Made by a program: the position numbers and the translations under genes
Part shown: piece after piece, positions 45,327 through 58,321 of the stretch
Layout: each line of letters begins with the position of its first letter
Position numbering within the stretch: the stretch's first letter is position 1
The notes under the pieces: generated by a model
What the model was told of the DNA's origin: nothing
Seen by the model: the letters and a program-made list of their open reading frames with translations, nothing else
The model's database searches: none
Source: Escherichia coli
GTDB lineage: Bacteria > Pseudomonadota > Gammaproteobacteria > Enterobacterales > Enterobacteriaceae
Assembly (NCBI RefSeq): GCF_024502345.1
Contig: NZ_JALDNN010000001.1
Length of the DNA: 64,000 nt
Reading direction: 5' to 3' (one strand)

Positions 45327-45524
45327 TTAGCAGCAGCGCGCGCCGCCTTTTCCACCGTAGCGCGCGTCCTGCCGCTCACGGAAAAACTCCTCGTAGGTCA
45401 TCGGCGTTTGATCGGGATGGTTAACCCGCATATGTTCGACATAGTTGTCGTAATCAGGCATACCAATCATCAGCTTCGCCGCCTGACCTAAATATTTTCC
45501 GGCTTTTGCCAGTGAATCAAACAT
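45327..45524 (-). CDS. ybdD: DUF466 small protein, cotranscribed with cstA
   Basis: 65 aa [33 protein letters not shown]... Confidence 0.88.
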   Translation of the reverse strand: MFDSLAKAGKYLGQAAKLMIGMPDYDNYVEHMRVNHPDQTPMTYEEFFRERQDARYGGKGGARCC

Positions 45525-45556
45525 CTTGGCCTCCGCTAACCATGTTGCTGAAAGAG

Positions 45557-45593
45557 TGCCGGATGCGGCGTGAACGCTTTATCCGGCCTACAA
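45557..45593. repeat. REP (repetitive extragenic palindrome) element
   Basis: gccggatgcggcgtgaacgctttatccggcctaca matches the canonical E. coli REP consensus. Confidence 0.75.
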
Positions 45594-45613
45594 ATGCTAT
45601 CAACGCACTCGGT

Positions 45614-45700
45614 CAGTCCCCTCGCCCCACCGGGGAGAGGGTTAGGGTGAGGGGGAACCCTCGGCGCCATGCCAACATTCGCCAACATTCTCCCTCACTC
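45614..45700. repeat. GC-rich extragenic repeat element (ccc ctc gcc cca ... ggg tga ggg type), copy 1
   Basis: gtcccctcgccccaccggggagagggttagggtgaggggg; near-exact reverse complement of 53090..53131. Confidence 0.6.
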
Positions 45701-45705
45701 TGACT

Positions 45706-47811
45706 TTAGTGCGCGCCTTTCGCCTGCGCCACGATCTCCTCGACATTTTCCGGCATCGGCTCATACGGCGTTTCTTTCGCCGTTGGCTTCGGATCTTTCA
45801 ATGCCGCAAGTGCCGTCTTAATCGAGAACAGTGCCAGAACCACCACGACCACCATAAAGAAGATGGTTAACCCAGCATCCAGACGGTTGTTGAACACCAG
45901 TTGCGCCAGTTGTGACTCAGTATACTGCGACGGAATATTGCCGCTGTCGATCATTGCCTGGAACTTGTTAGCAATCGCCAGGAAGCCGACTTTCGCATCC
46001 GGGCTAAACGCTTTCTGCCAGCCTGCGGTCAGGGTACAAATCAGCAGCCAGGCCGTTGGTACCAGCGCCACCCAAGCGTAACGTTGACGTTTCATCTTGA
46101 ACAACACCACGGCACAGAGCATCAGCGCCATCCCTGCCAGCATCTGGTTGGCAATACCAAACAGCGGCCACAGAGTGTTAATACCGCCCAGCGGATCGAC
46201 CACACCCTGATGGAGGAAGTAGCCCCACGCCAGCACGCACAGCGCTGTTGCCAACAGGTTAGCAGGCAGTGAATCGGTCCGTTTCAGGCCCGGAGAAACC
46301 ACGCCCAGCAGATCCTGCAACATAAAGCGCGCAGCACGCGTACCTGCATCCACCGCTGTCAGAATAAACAGTGCTTCAAACAGAATGGCGAAGTGATACC
46401 AGAACGCTACATCCATCATACCACCCAGCGCACCGTGCAGGATGTAAGCCATCCCCACCGCCAACGTCGGCGCACCGCCCGCACGGGAAATGATCGACTG
46501 TTCACCCACTTCGCTGGCAATCTGGTTGAGCGTATCCGGAGTAATCGCAAAGCCCCAGCTACTCACCACTTGCGCGGCAGAAGCGACCACATCCGCCGTC
46601 CCTGCCGGAGCCAGCACCGCCATCGGGCTGTTCATGGCGAAGTAAACGCCCGGATCGATGATACAGGCGGAAACCAGCGCCATAATCGCCACGAAGGATT
46701 CCATTAACATTCCACCGTAGCCGATAAAACAAGCCTGCCCTTCGTTCGCCAGCATCTTCGGCGTGGTGCCGGAAGAGATCAGCGCATGGAAGCCTGACAC
46801 CGCGCCACAGGCGATGGTGATAAACAGGAACGGGAACAGATTACCGGTCCATACCGGGCCAGTGCCATCGACAAATTTGGTCAGCGCAGGCATGGTCAGC
46901 GTCGGACGCATAATCAAAATGCCTACCGCCAGACCGACGATAGTCCCGATTTTCAGGAAGGTAGAGAGGTAGTCACGCGGGGCCAGCAGTAACCACACCG
47001 GCAGCACCGCCGCCACAAAACCGTAGCCCACCAGCATCCAGGTCAGCTGCACGCCGGTAAAGTCAAAGTACGGTGCCCAGGTCGGGCTTTCTGCCACCCA
47101 GCCGCCAGAGATAATGGCGAAAATCAGGAATACCAGACCGATGACCGACACTTCACCAATACGCCCCGGACGCAGATAGCGCAGGTAGATTCCCATAAAA
47201 ATCGCCAGCGGAATGGTGAACGCAACGGTATACGTTCCCCACGGGCTATGAGTCAGGGCTTTCACCACGATCATCGCCAGTACTGCAAGGATAATGACCA
47301 TGATCATAAAGCAGGCCACCAGCGCTATCACCCCGGCGGTTGGCCCCATCTCTTCTTTGACCAGCTCACCCAGCGAACGACCGTCACGGCGCGTAGAAAC
47401 AAACAGCACCATAAAATCCTGCACCGCACCGGCGAGAACCACCCCGGCGAGCAGCCAGATCATCCCCGGCAGGTAACCCATTTGCGCCGCCAGTACCGGA
47501 CCCACCAACGGACCTGCTCCGGCAATGGCCGCAAAATGGTGACCGAACAGCACTTTCTTGTCCGTCGGCACATAGTCCAGCCCGTCGTTATGGCGCACCG
47601 CTGGCGTCATACGCGTCGGGTCAACCGCCAGCACATTTTTGGCGATATACAACCCATAAAAACGGTAAGCGATCAGATAGATACAGACCGACGCCACCAC
47701 AATCCACAGCGCGTTGATCTGTTCCCCACGATTTAAAGCAATGTATCCCAGAGCAAATGCTCCCATTACAGAGAGCACTGTCCAGACGAGGTATTTCCCT
47801 GATTTGTTCAT
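45706..47811 (-). CDS. cstA: carbon starvation protein A (peptide/pyruvate transporter family)
   Basis: 701-aa polytopic membrane protein upstream of ybdD. Confidence 0.95.
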   Translation of the reverse strand: MNKSGKYLVWTVLSVMGAFALGYIALNRGEQINALWIVVASVCIYLIAYRFYGLYIAKNVLAVDPTRMTPAVRHNDGLDYVPTDKKVLFGHHFAAIAGAGPLVGPVLAAQMGYLPGMIWLLAGVVLAGAVQDFMVLFVSTRRDGRSLGELVKEEMGPTAGVIALVACFMIMVIILAVLAMIVVKALTHSPWGTYTVAFTIPLAIFMGIYLRYLRPGRIGEVSVIGLVFLIFAIISGGWVAESPTWAPYFDFTGVQLTWMLVGYGFVAAVLPVWLLLAPRDYLSTFLKIGTIVGLAVGILIMRPTLTMPALTKFVDGTGPVWTGNLFPFLFITIACGAVSGFHALISSGTTPKMLANEGQACFIGYGGMLMESFVAIMALVSACIIDPGVYFAMNSPMAVLAPAGTADVVASAAQVVSSWGFAITPDTLNQIASEVGEQSIISRAGGAPTLAVGMAYILHGALGGMMDVAFWYHFAILFEALFILTAVDAGTRAARFMLQDLLGVVSPGLKRTDSLPANLLATALCVLAWGYFLHQGVVDPLGGINTLWPLFGIANQMLAGMALMLCAVVLFKMKRQRYAWVALVPTAWLLICTLTAGWQKAFSPDAKVGFLAIANKFQAMIDSGNIPSQYTESQLAQLVFNNRLDAGLTIFFMVVVVVLALFSIKTALAALKDPKPTAKETPYEPMPENVEEIVAQAKGAH

Positions 47812-47991
47812 AGTTGTTATCCGTGTGCGTGTCCATAGAGATGTTACATTTTGTTTCTATAACATCTTTGTACAATTTAACAACACGGCAACCATGTAAA
47901 TCGGAGTTGAAACCAATATTTAACTTAACAATGTTAACTCGATCACTCCGTTAACCGAGTTTTCCTGCAATCTCATTTAATTCTGTCGGGC

Positions 47992-49153
<1,162 letters not shown>

Positions 49154-49154
<1 letters not shown>

Positions 49155-50011
49155 TATTTCACCTCGCGGGAGAGTAGCTTCCACCAGGCGTCGATGGTCG
49201 GGTTTTTCGCCAGCATGACAAAGTCGATATCACCATGCACTTTGCGCCAGCGCGCCGCCAGCGCCATCATGCGCACCGAATCCAGACCGTAGTCGATCAG
49301 GTTGTCGTCATCGAACGGTTCATCGGACTCGTCCAGCAACGGCAGGATAACCTCACGCAGCGCCGCTTTGCTGGCGGGGACAGGTGCTGGCAGTAATTCT
49401 TCAGTCATCACCACCCGGCCAGACCGCCCGGCCACATATTTCAGCGACATCAAATGCTCGTCACGGCTGAAATCGGCCAGCGCATCCGCCACCATAAACG
49501 GTTTAATATCGCGCATAAATGCGTCGGTTGCGGTGGTCATACAGCCAATGTGGGCATATACCCCGGTAATAATCAGCTGGTTACGTCCACTCTCTTTGAG
49601 CATTTGCTCCAGCGGAGAACGATGAAACGCGCTGTAGCGCCACTTCACCAGCACCGTGTCGTCGGCATCTGGCGTCAGGCGATCCACCACCTTTTGCTGT
49701 TCCGGCGAACGGGTCAGGCCCGGCCCCCACATATCATTCAACAGCGCCCGATCTTCATCGCTCTGCTCTTTCGGCTGGGCGGTGTAATAAACCGGGATAT
49801 TGTGCTGTTTGCAGTAGTCGCGCAGCGCAGCAATATTCGCGATCACCTGCTCCATCATCGGGCAGTTCTCGCCCCAGAAGCTGACAAAATAGTCCTGCAT
49901 ATCATGGATTAACAACGCGGCACGTTGCGGTTCAAAGGCCCAGTCAACTTTATTCTGCGGAATATCGTGAGACTCCGGCAGTGCGTAAGCCTGTAATTTT
50001 GGAATAGCCAT
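49154..50011 (-). CDS. entB: isochorismatase / aryl carrier protein
   Basis: 285 aa; C-terminal carrier-protein serine motif (DYGLDSVRMM); overlaps entA start. Confidence 0.96.
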
Positions 50012-50024
50012 CGTGTTCTCTCCT

Positions 50025-51635
50025 TCAGGCTGATGCGCGTAACGCCAGCCACTGACGTAATTGTTTTTTATCGACTTTCCCGACCGCCGTCAGCGGAAGT
50101 GAATCCACACACTCCACGCGATCCGGTAATTTAAATTCGGCAATACCCTGTTCACGCAGGAAACGACGCACCTGCACCGCGCGCAGCGGCTCTTTTACCA
50201 CCAGATAAGCACAGCTTTTTTCGCCCATCAGCTCATCTTCCATGCTCACCAGTGCGGCATAGATCACCGCCGGATGGCGCAGCAGCAGGTTTTCGATCTC
50301 TTCGGCAGCGATCTTCTCGCCGCCACGGTTGATCTGATCTTTCTCGCGCCCCTGCACGGTGATGTAACCCTCTGGATCAATAGAGATCAGATCGCCGGAA
50401 CAGTAAAAACCGTTGGCATCAAAGGCACTGGCATTGTGCTGCGGACTTTTGTAATAACCGCGGAAGGTGTACGGCCCGCGCGTCATCAGGCGTCCAACTT
50501 CCCCTTGCGGCAGTGGATTTCCTTCAGCATCAGCAACCCATACTTCATCGTCCGGACACATTGGGTAACCCTGGGTATGGATAATTTTCTCCGCGCTATC
50601 ATCAAGTCGGGTGTAGTTCACCAGCCCTTCCGCCATGCCAAACACCTGCTGCAACAGGCAGCCAATCTCAGCGGGAATACGCGCCGCAAGGGTGGCTGAA
50701 AGACGTGCGCCGCCGACCTGTAACAGTTTCAGCGAGGCAAGCTGCGCCCGGCTTTCACCTTCGGTCAGCGCCTGCAACCACAGGCTGACTGCCGGTGGCA
50801 CCAGCGCGGTGACGTTCACCTGATGTTTTTCAATCAATGGGAAGCAAAGCGTGGCGCTGGGATCGGCCGCCAGAACAACCGTTCCTCCGGCAAGAAAGAC
50901 GCCCAGCGATCCCGGCGAACTCATGGCGTAGTTATGAGCCGCCGGGATCGCGCACAGGTAGCGTGTCTGTTGTGTGAACTGACAAATCTCGACGCTACGA
51001 CGCACGCTGTAGTAGTAGTCGTTATGAGTGCGCGGGATCAGTTTCGGTGTGCCGGTGGTGCCGCCGGAAAGCTGGAAATAGGCCACTTCATCAGCAGGTG
51101 ATGGCGTGGCAGTAAAATCCTCAGCCGGATGGTTAATCGCATCCTGCAAGTTATGCTCACCGCTGTCGTTGTGCAGTTGCACCACGCGAATGGAGGAATG
51201 TTCTGTGACGAAAGTATTGAGGAAATCATCCCCGCTAAACAGCGCATGTTGGCGATCGGCAATCAGCAATGCGGGTTCAATCTGGCTGGCATAGGCGTTC
51301 AGTTCACTACGCTGATGGCTGAACAGCGCCAGCACCGGCGCAACGCCCAGTTTCAGCAGCGCGAAAAAGGTAATATACAATTCAGCGACGTTACCCAGTT
51401 GTACCAGCGCGGTTTCACCAGGTTTAATGCCCTGACGGCGTAAACTACACGCGAGGTTATCCGCCGCCTGATTCAGCTCCCGGTAACTCAACTGTCGCTC
51501 GCCGTCGATAACCGCGATGCTGTCACTCGCAGCGTGGCGAGTCAGAATGTCGGTCAGCGGCAAATCCTGCCAGTAGCCTTTTTCCCGATAGCGACGGGCA
51601 AACTCTTCCGGCCAGCGGGTGAATGGAATGCTCAT
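50025..51635 (-). CDS. entE: 2,3-dihydroxybenzoate-AMP ligase
   Basis: 536-aa adenylate-forming enzyme (SGGTTGTPK motif). Confidence 0.96.
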   Translation of the reverse strand: MSIPFTRWPEEFARRYREKGYWQDLPLTDILTRHAASDSIAVIDGERQLSYRELNQAADNLACSLRRQGIKPGETALVQLGNVAELYITFFALLKLGVAPVLALFSHQRSELNAYASQIEPALLIADRQHALFSGDDFLNTFVTEHSSIRVVQLHNDSGEHNLQDAINHPAEDFTATPSPADEVAYFQLSGGTTGTPKLIPRTHNDYYYSVRRSVEICQFTQQTRYLCAIPAAHNYAMSSPGSLGVFLAGGTVVLAADPSATLCFPLIEKHQVNVTALVPPAVSLWLQALTEGESRAQLASLKLLQVGGARLSATLAARIPAEIGCLLQQVFGMAEGLVNYTRLDDSAEKIIHTQGYPMCPDDEVWVADAEGNPLPQGEVGRLMTRGPYTFRGYYKSPQHNASAFDANGFYCSGDLISIDPEGYITVQGREKDQINRGGEKIAAEEIENLLLRHPAVIYAALVSMEDELMGEKSCAYLVVKEPLRAVQVRRFLREQGIAEFKLPDRVECVDSLPLTAVGKVDKKQLRQWLALRASA

Positions 51636-51644
51636 CCTCGCTCC

Positions 51645-52820
51645 TTAATGCAATCCAAAAACGTTCAACATGGTAGAAAGTTTGACGCCTGTTTCGCGCC
51701 ACTCACCCAACGGTGACGACGCAGGCACAATCCCCGCTCCGGCAAACAGACGCACCTGATTTTCCCGCAGCTTCGCGCAGCGGATGGTCACCACCCATTC
51801 GCCGTTACCTTCGCTGTCACACCAACCCACAATGCCGCCAAACAGTTCGCGGTCGAATGGCTCCAGTTCAGCAATAACCTGGGTCGCGGCCTGATGCGGG
51901 AAACCGCTCAGCGCGGGGGTTGGATGCAGCAGACAGGCCAGAGTCAGTGCGTTTTCTTGCGAATTCGCTTTACCTTCAAAGGGAGTTGCGAGATGCCACA
52001 GCGTCGGCGTGGTAATCAATTGTGGAGAGGAGGGAACGTGTAACTCACTACTGCGTTCGCGCAGTACCTCTTTCATCGCCTGAGTCACCAGTTCATGTTC
52101 ATGGCGATCTTTTTCTGACGCCAGCAGACGATTACCCGCTTCGCGATCGAGCACTTCATCCGGCTGACGACGCGCGGAACCGGCTAACGGAATGGAGCTA
52201 AAACGCTCGCCGTCTTTACGTAGCAGCAGTTCCGGGCTGGCCCCCAGCAGGACGCCACCATCAGCCAGCGGGACATGGAAGTTGTAACTAACCGGGTTTT
52301 GCGCAATCAACCGTTCCAGCAATACGCCACTATCAATGGCGGCGTCAGTGGTGATATCAATCAATCGTGACAACACCACTTTGTCGACCTGCGGCGTGGC
52401 GGTAAGTGCGGCGGCGCGGGCAACCATCTGTTCAAACGTGGTTTGTTCAGGAATTGCCTGGCGTTCCACCACGTTCAGCGACTGGCTGCGGGTAAAACGG
52501 CGGGCTGAGGTCTGTTTTTCCTGGCGGGAGAACGACTGCCAGGATTCGGGAATATACAGCGACGAAGGCTGACGTGGATCGAAGGGAATCGCCCCGACCA
52601 TCACCGGATTTTTGATGCCCTGCGCTTTGGCATCGGCAAACAGCGCGGCGAGTTTTTGCTGGAAGGGACTGTCGGGCGAATCCCCGTTCACAGCCGGTTC
52701 ATCGAAGCGGGCGAAACATCCTGACGTCGTAAAACTGCGGTACGGCGACATAAAGAAAAAGCGATTGGGCGCAAGTGTTGCCATGGTCTGCTGTACTTCC
52801 TCAGCCAGTGACGTATCCAT
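51645..52820 (-). CDS. entC: isochorismate synthase
   Basis: 391 aa from [18 protein letters not shown]. Confidence 0.95.
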   Translation of the reverse strand: MDTSLAEEVQQTMATLAPNRFFFMSPYRSFTTSGCFARFDEPAVNGDSPDSPFQQKLAALFADAKAQGIKNPVMVGAIPFDPRQPSSLYIPESWQSFSRQEKQTSARRFTRSQSLNVVERQAIPEQTTFEQMVARAAALTATPQVDKVVLSRLIDITTDAAIDSGVLLERLIAQNPVSYNFHVPLADGGVLLGASPELLLRKDGERFSSIPLAGSARRQPDEVLDREAGNRLLASEKDRHEHELVTQAMKEVLRERSSELHVPSSPQLITTPTLWHLATPFEGKANSQENALTLACLLHPTPALSGFPHQAATQVIAELEPFDRELFGGIVGWCDSEGNGEWVVTIRCAKLRENQVRLFAGAGIVPASSPLGEWRETGVKLSTMLNVFGLH

Positions 52821-52848
52821 ATCATCCTCCACAAAATGATAAAGGCTT

Positions 52849-52867
52849 TAATAATGATTATCATTTA
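52849..52867. promoter_or_regulatory. Fur box in entC / fepB divergent promoter region
   Basis: aataatgattatcatttat is a close match to the GATAATGATAATCATTATC consensus. Confidence 0.55.
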
Positions 52868-53026
52868 TATTTTCGGTCGCTAACCTAAAAGCAAACGCGC
52901 ACTATGTCAACTCTTGAGGTAACGCAATCTGCAACTCGGGGTTGCATCTGGTTGTGGTTACAATGAAAATGAGAAGCATTATTGATGGATTCGCATAAGC
53001 GCAATGTGATGTCCTGCGCCGTTCTG

Positions 53027-53131
53027 CCCCCTCTCCCTTCCAGGGTGAGGGCTGGGGTGAGGGTTAATGTTCGCACCAGTGCTGGCTGTTCCCCTCACCC
53101 TAACCCTCTCCCCAAAGGGGCGAGGGGACGG
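53027..53131. repeat. GC-rich extragenic repeat element, copy 2, with an adjacent partial copy
   Basis: cccctcaccctaaccctctccccaaaggggcgaggggac (reverse complement of copy 1) preceded by ccctctcccttccagggtgagggctggggtgaggg. Confidence 0.6.
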
Positions 53132-53194
53132 ATTGTGCGCTTTGTCGAATTTGTCATTACGCCCTTAACCTTATTAATAACAGGAAGCTGATTT

Positions 53195-54151
53195 GTGAGA
53201 CTCGCCCCGCTCTACCGCAACGCCCTTCTAGTAACAGGACTTTTGCTTTCAGGAATAGCCGCAGTTCAGGCCGCTGACTGGCCGCGTCAGATTACTGACA
53301 GCCGTGGCACACATACACTGGAAAGCCAGCCGCAGCGTATTGTTTCCACCAGCGTCACCCTGACCGGCTCACTGCTGGCGATTGATGCTCCGGTGATCGC
53401 CAGCGGCGCGACCACGCCGAATAACCGCGTCGCGGATGACCAGGGCTTTTTACGCCAGTGGAGCAAGGTGGCGAAAGAACGCAAACTGCAACGGCTCTAT
53501 ATCGGCGAACCGAGCGCCGAAGCCGTTGCCGCGCAAATGCCGGATCTGATTTTAATTAGCGCAACCAGCGGGGATTCGGCGCTGGCACTGTATGATCAGC
53601 TTTCCACCATCGCCCCGACATTAATCATCAATTACGACGACAAAAGCTGGCAGTCGCTGTTAACGCAGCTTGGCGAAATTACCGGGCATGAGAAACAAGC
53701 GGCAGAGCGGATTGCACAGTTTGATAAGCAACTGGCAGCGGCGAAAGAGCAAATCAAATTACCGCCGCAGCCGGTCACTGCCATTGTCTATACCGCCGCT
53801 GCACACAGTGCCAATCTCTGGACGCCGGAATCAGCACAAGGGCAGATGCTGGAACAACTCGGCTTTACGCTGGCGAAGTTGCCCGCAGGGTTAAACGCCA
53901 GCCAAAGCCAGGGCAAACGCCATGACATCATTCAGCTTGGTGGGGAAAATCTGGCTGCGGGGTTAAACGGTGAATCGCTATTCCTGTTCGCTGGTGATCA
54001 GAAAGATGCCGATGCGATTTATGCCAATCCACTGCTCGCGCACCTTCCCGCAGTACAAAACAAGCAGGTTTATGCGCTGGGAACCGAGACGTTCCGTCTG
54101 GATTACTACAGCGCCACGCAAGTGCTGGAACGACTTAAGGCGCTGTTTTAA
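53195..54151 (+). CDS. fepB: periplasmic ferric enterobactin-binding protein
   Basis: 318 aa, GTG start, signal peptide [26 protein letters not shown]. Confidence 0.95.
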   Translation: MRLAPLYRNALLVTGLLLSGIAAVQAADWPRQITDSRGTHTLESQPQRIVSTSVTLTGSLLAIDAPVIASGATTPNNRVADDQGFLRQWSKVAKERKLQRLYIGEPSAEAVAAQMPDLILISATSGDSALALYDQLSTIAPTLIINYDDKSWQSLLTQLGEITGHEKQAAERIAQFDKQLAAAKEQIKLPPQPVTAIVYTAAAHSANLWTPESAQGQMLEQLGFTLAKLPAGLNASQSQGKRHDIIQLGGENLAAGLNGESLFLFAGDQKDADAIYANPLLAHLPAVQNKQVYALGTETFRLDYYSATQVLERLKALF

Positions 54152-54154
54152 GCA

Positions 54155-55405
54155 TTAACTGTCAGACGCTGTCACCTGCGGCGGCGTCTGGCGAAAACGT
54201 CGCAACTCCACCAGCACCAGCAATAACAACACGCCGATAATCAACAAACCAAAACCGCTCGCGCTTGCGGAAGCAACCGGTGTCATCATCGCGCCCAAAC
54301 CACCCAGCAGCGCCGCGCCTATGGCATCGCCCGTCACGTTCTGCGCCGTCCACAAACCGTTAATCCGCCCTAACATCGCTTCCGGGGTTTGCGTTTGCAG
54401 CATTGTATATTGCAGCAACGAACTAACCGCGCTCAGCCAGCCGAACAGCGCCAGACAAACCACGCCTAAAATCCACATCGGCATCAGGCCAAACAGACCA
54501 ATGGCGAGGAACGATCCCAGCGTGGAGAGCAGCATCAATAACCCTGGTCGCGCACTATGTGCCAGCTTCCCGCTGGTTAACGCACCAATAGCCGCGCCGA
54601 GCGGGATCGCCGCGTAGAGAAAACCAATCTGTGCCGCTGACATCTGCCAGTTGTCAGCCAGCGCCGGATACAGTACCCGCACCGCGCTCGCCATCGTCAA
54701 TAAACCACCCAGCAGCGCAATCCCGCCCACCAGCGGGCTGGCAAGCAGAAAACGAAATCCTGCCAGTAATGATTTCAACGGATGCTCACGCGGCTGCGGT
54801 GGCGGTGGCAACGCCGGAAGGCTTAACAACGGTAGCAAGGTAATAAACGTGCCCGCCGCCGCCAGCCCGTAGTTCCAGGCTACGCCACCGGTCGCCAGCA
54901 ATAAACCGCCAATCATGGGCGAAATCACCGACCCCAGACGCACGGTCAACATGGTGATCGCCCCGGCCTGCATTAAGTTTTCACGCCCTACCAGTGCTGG
55001 TGTCGCCGCCAATAGCGCCGTAACGCCAAGCGATGCGAAAAAACCATCCCATAAACCAAGTAAATAGATTGCCAGCAATGACGGCTCCGGCAGCAGTGCA
55101 TTAAGGCACAGTCCAATGAAGCCAATGCCACAGGTGCCGCGCGCCAGCAAAATCACTTTTTTGCGCTCATAGCGATCCGCCAGCACACCGCCAACCATCA
55201 GGCCAACAAACATCGCGCCGCCGGTCAGCGTCACCGAAAGCCCCACCTGCCAGGTAGAATGCGTCATCATCTGGATCTGCACCGGCACCGCGACGCCGAG
55301 CAAACCCAGAGACACAATTGAGATAAAACGAGCGAGGAATACTGCGCGAAACGCCGGGTGCGTTTTCAACAGGCTGAGGTTAAGCAGCCAGGATTGTTTA
55401 TTCAT
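54155..55405 (-). CDS. entS: enterobactin exporter (MFS)
   Basis: 416-aa 12-TM ORF convergent with fepB. Confidence 0.93.
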
Positions 55406-55478
55406 TACAATGCCTTGCCATCAAATATTTTAAATACCTATTCTTAGGCTGCACATGCTAACATATCCAAATAATATC

Positions 55479-55503
55479 GATAACGATAATTAATTTTATT
55501 ATC
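55479..55503. promoter_or_regulatory. Fur box-like sequence in entS / fepD divergent promoter region
   Basis: gataacgataattaattttattatc, in an AT-rich divergent promoter. Confidence 0.5.
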
Positions 55504-56520
55504 ATGGAAGTTCGTATGTCTGGTTCTGTTGCCGTGACACGCGCCATTGCCGTGCCCGGATTGCTGTTATTACTGATTATCGCGACGGCATTAAGCCTGC
55601 TCATTGGGGCAAAATCACTCCCCGCTTCCGTAGTGCTGGAGGCCCTCTCCGGCACCTGCCAGAGCGCCGACTGCACCATCGTGCTCGACGCGCGACTGCC
55701 GCGCACCCTTGCCGGTTTACTTGCAGGCGGCGCGCTTGGCCTTGCCGGGGCGTTGATGCAAACCCTCACCCGAAATCCACTTGCCGACCCCGGCTTGCTT
55801 GGCGTGAATGCCGGAGCCAGCTTTGCCATTGTGCTGGGTGCGGCGCTGTTTGGTTACTCATCCGCGCAGGAACAACTGGCGATGGCCTTCGCCGGGGCGC
55901 TGGTGGCCTCATTGATTGTTGCCTTTACCGGCAGTCAGGGCGGCGGGCAGTTAAGTCCGGTGCGTTTAACCCTGGCGGGCGTGGCGCTGGCGGCGGTGCT
56001 GGAAGGACTGACCAGCGGCATCGCCCTGCTTAATCCTGACGTCTACGATCAACTGCGTTTCTGGCAAGCCGGTTCGCTGGATATTCGCAATCTACATACC
56101 TTAAAAGTGGTGCTGATCCCGGTGCTGATCGCCGGAGCAACCGCGCTATTACTGAGCCGCGCGCTGAACAGTTTGAGCCTCGGCAGTGACACCGCGACGG
56201 CGCTGGGCAGTCGCGTGGCGCGCACACAGTTGATTGGTCTGCTGGCGATTACCGTGCTTTGTGGTAGTGCGACGGCGGTAGTTGGCCCGATTGCCTTTAT
56301 TGGCCTGATGATGCCGCATATGGCGCGTTGGCTGGTGGGTGCCGATCATCGCTGGTCGCTGCCCGTCACGCTACTTGCTACCCCTGCCCTGCTGCTGTTT
56401 GCCGATATCATCGGGCGGGTGATTGTGCCCGGTGAACTGCGCGTTTCTGTGGTCAGTGCGTTTATTGGTGCACCGGTGCTGATCTTCCTCGTGCGACGTA
56501 AAACGCGAGGTGGTGCATGA
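55504..56520 (+). CDS. fepD: ferric enterobactin ABC transporter permease
   Basis: 338-codon ORF (alternative ATG 12 nt downstream); FecCD-family permease. Confidence 0.93.
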   Translation: MEVRMSGSVAVTRAIAVPGLLLLLIIATALSLLIGAKSLPASVVLEALSGTCQSADCTIVLDARLPRTLAGLLAGGALGLAGALMQTLTRNPLADPGLLGVNAGASFAIVLGAALFGYSSAQEQLAMAFAGALVASLIVAFTGSQGGGQLSPVRLTLAGVALAAVLEGLTSGIALLNPDVYDQLRFWQAGSLDIRNLHTLKVVLIPVLIAGATALLLSRALNSLSLGSDTATALGSRVARTQLIGLLAITVLCGSATAVVGPIAFIGLMMPHMARWLVGADHRWSLPVTLLATPALLLFADIIGRVIVPGELRVSVVSAFIGAPVLIFLVRRKTRGGA

Positions 56521-57509
56521 TTTACGTCTCTCGCCGATTACTAATCACCTGTTTGCTGCTGATTTCCGCCTGTGTGGTTGCAGGTATCTGGGGATTACGC
56601 AGCGGTGCCGTCACGCTGGAAACCTCGCAGGTATTCGCCGCGCTGATGGGCGATGCGCCGCGCAGTATGACGATGGTGGTCACCGAATGGCGTTTACCAC
56701 GCGTGCTGATGGCGCTGTTGATTGGCGCAGCACTGGGCGTCAGTGGCGCGATTTTTCAGTCGCTGATGCGTAACCCGCTCGGCAGCCCTGACGTAATGGG
56801 TTTTAACACCGGGGCGTGGAGCGGCGTGCTGGTGGCGATGGTGCTGTTTGGTCAGGACCTGACGGCTATCGCGCTGGCAGCAATGGTGGGCGGCATTATC
56901 ACTTCGCTGTTGGTCTGGCTGCTCGCCTGGCGTAACGGTATCGACACCTTTCGGTTGATTATTATCGGTATCGGCGTTCGCGCCATGCTGGTGGCCTTTA
57001 ATACCTGGCTGTTGCTGAAAGCGTCTTTAGAAACGGCGCTAACAGCAGGTTTGTGGAATGCCGGATCGCTCAACGGCCTGACGTGGGCAAAAACCTCGCC
57101 TTCCGCACCCATCATTATATTGATGCTAATTGCCGCCGCCTTACTGGTACGCCGGATGCGCTTGCTGGAAATGGGCGATGATACCGCGTGTGCGCTGGGC
57201 GTCAGCGTCGAACGTTCGCGTCTGTTAATGATGCTGGTTGCAGTGGTGCTTACCGCTGCGGCAACAGCGCTTGCCGGGCCGATTTCCTTTATTGCTTTAG
57301 TCGCGCCGCACATTGCCCGACGCATTAGCGGCACCGCTCGCTGGGGGCTAACCCAGGCGGCGCTATGCGGGGCGCTGTTACTGCTGGCGGCCGATCTCTG
57401 CGCCCAACAACTGTTTATGCCGTATCAACTTCCGGTTGGCGTCGTTACCGTCAGCCTCGGCGGTATTTACCTTATCGTCTTGTTAATTCAGGAGTCTCGC
57501 AAAAAATGA
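56517..57509 (+). CDS. fepG: ferric enterobactin ABC transporter permease
   Basis: 330 aa; overlaps fepD stop. Confidence 0.95.
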   Translation: MIYVSRRLLITCLLLISACVVAGIWGLRSGAVTLETSQVFAALMGDAPRSMTMVVTEWRLPRVLMALLIGAALGVSGAIFQSLMRNPLGSPDVMGFNTGAWSGVLVAMVLFGQDLTAIALAAMVGGIITSLLVWLLAWRNGIDTFRLIIIGIGVRAMLVAFNTWLLLKASLETALTAGLWNAGSLNGLTWAKTSPSAPIIILMLIAAALLVRRMRLLEMGDDTACALGVSVERSRLLMMLVAVVLTAAATALAGPISFIALVAPHIARRISGTARWGLTQAALCGALLLLAADLCAQQLFMPYQLPVGVVTVSLGGIYLIVLLIQESRKK

Positions 57510-58321
57510 CCGAATCAGTAGCCCGTTTGCGCGGCGAACAGTTAACCCTGGGATATGGCAAATATACCGTTGCGGAGAATCTGACAGTAGAAATACCTGA
57601 TGGTCACTTCACGGCAATTATCGGGCCAAATGGCTGCGGTAAATCCACTTTACTGCGTACCTTAAGCCGCCTGATGACGCCTGCTCACGGGCATGTCTGG
57701 CTGGATGGCGAGCACATCCAACATTACGCCAGTAAAGAGGTTGCACGCCGGATTGGTCTGTTGGCGCAAAATGCTACCACGCCGGGCGATATCACCGTGC
57801 AGGAGCTGGTGGCGCGTGGGCGTTACCCGCATCAACCGCTGTTTACCCGCTGGCGCAAAGAAGATGAAGAAGCGGTAACGAAAGCGATGCAGGCCACGGG
57901 AATAACTCATCTGGCGGATCAAAGCGTGGATACCCTTTCTGGCGGACAACGCCAGCGCGCGTGGATCGCGATGGTGCTGGCCCAGGAAACGGCAATTATG
58001 CTGCTCGACGAACCCACGACCTGGCTGGATATCAGTCATCAGATTGATCTACTGGAACTGTTAAGCGAACTGAACCGCGAGAAAGGCTATACCCTGGCGG
58101 CGGTGCTGCACGATCTTAATCAGGCCTGTCGTTACGCCAGCCATTTGATTGCATTGCGGGAAGGGAAAATTGTTGCTCAGGGAGCGCCGAAGGAGATTGT
58201 CACTGCTGAACTGATTGAGCGCATTTATGGTCTGCGATGCATGATCATTGACGATCCGGTAGCCGGAACGCCGCTTGTGGTGCCGCTCGGACGAACGGCA
58301 CCTTCAACCGCAAATAGTTAA
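57506..58321 (+). CDS. fepC: ferric enterobactin ABC transporter ATPase
   Basis: 271 aa from MTESVARLRGEQ; Walker A GPNGCGKST; track ORF is a 5' extension. Confidence 0.95.
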   Translation: MTESVARLRGEQLTLGYGKYTVAENLTVEIPDGHFTAIIGPNGCGKSTLLRTLSRLMTPAHGHVWLDGEHIQHYASKEVARRIGLLAQNATTPGDITVQELVARGRYPHQPLFTRWRKEDEEAVTKAMQATGITHLADQSVDTLSGGQRQRAWIAMVLAQETAIMLLDEPTTWLDISHQIDLLELLSELNREKGYTLAAVLHDLNQACRYASHLIALREGKIVAQGAPKEIVTAELIERIYGLRCMIIDDPVAGTPLVVPLGRTAPSTANS

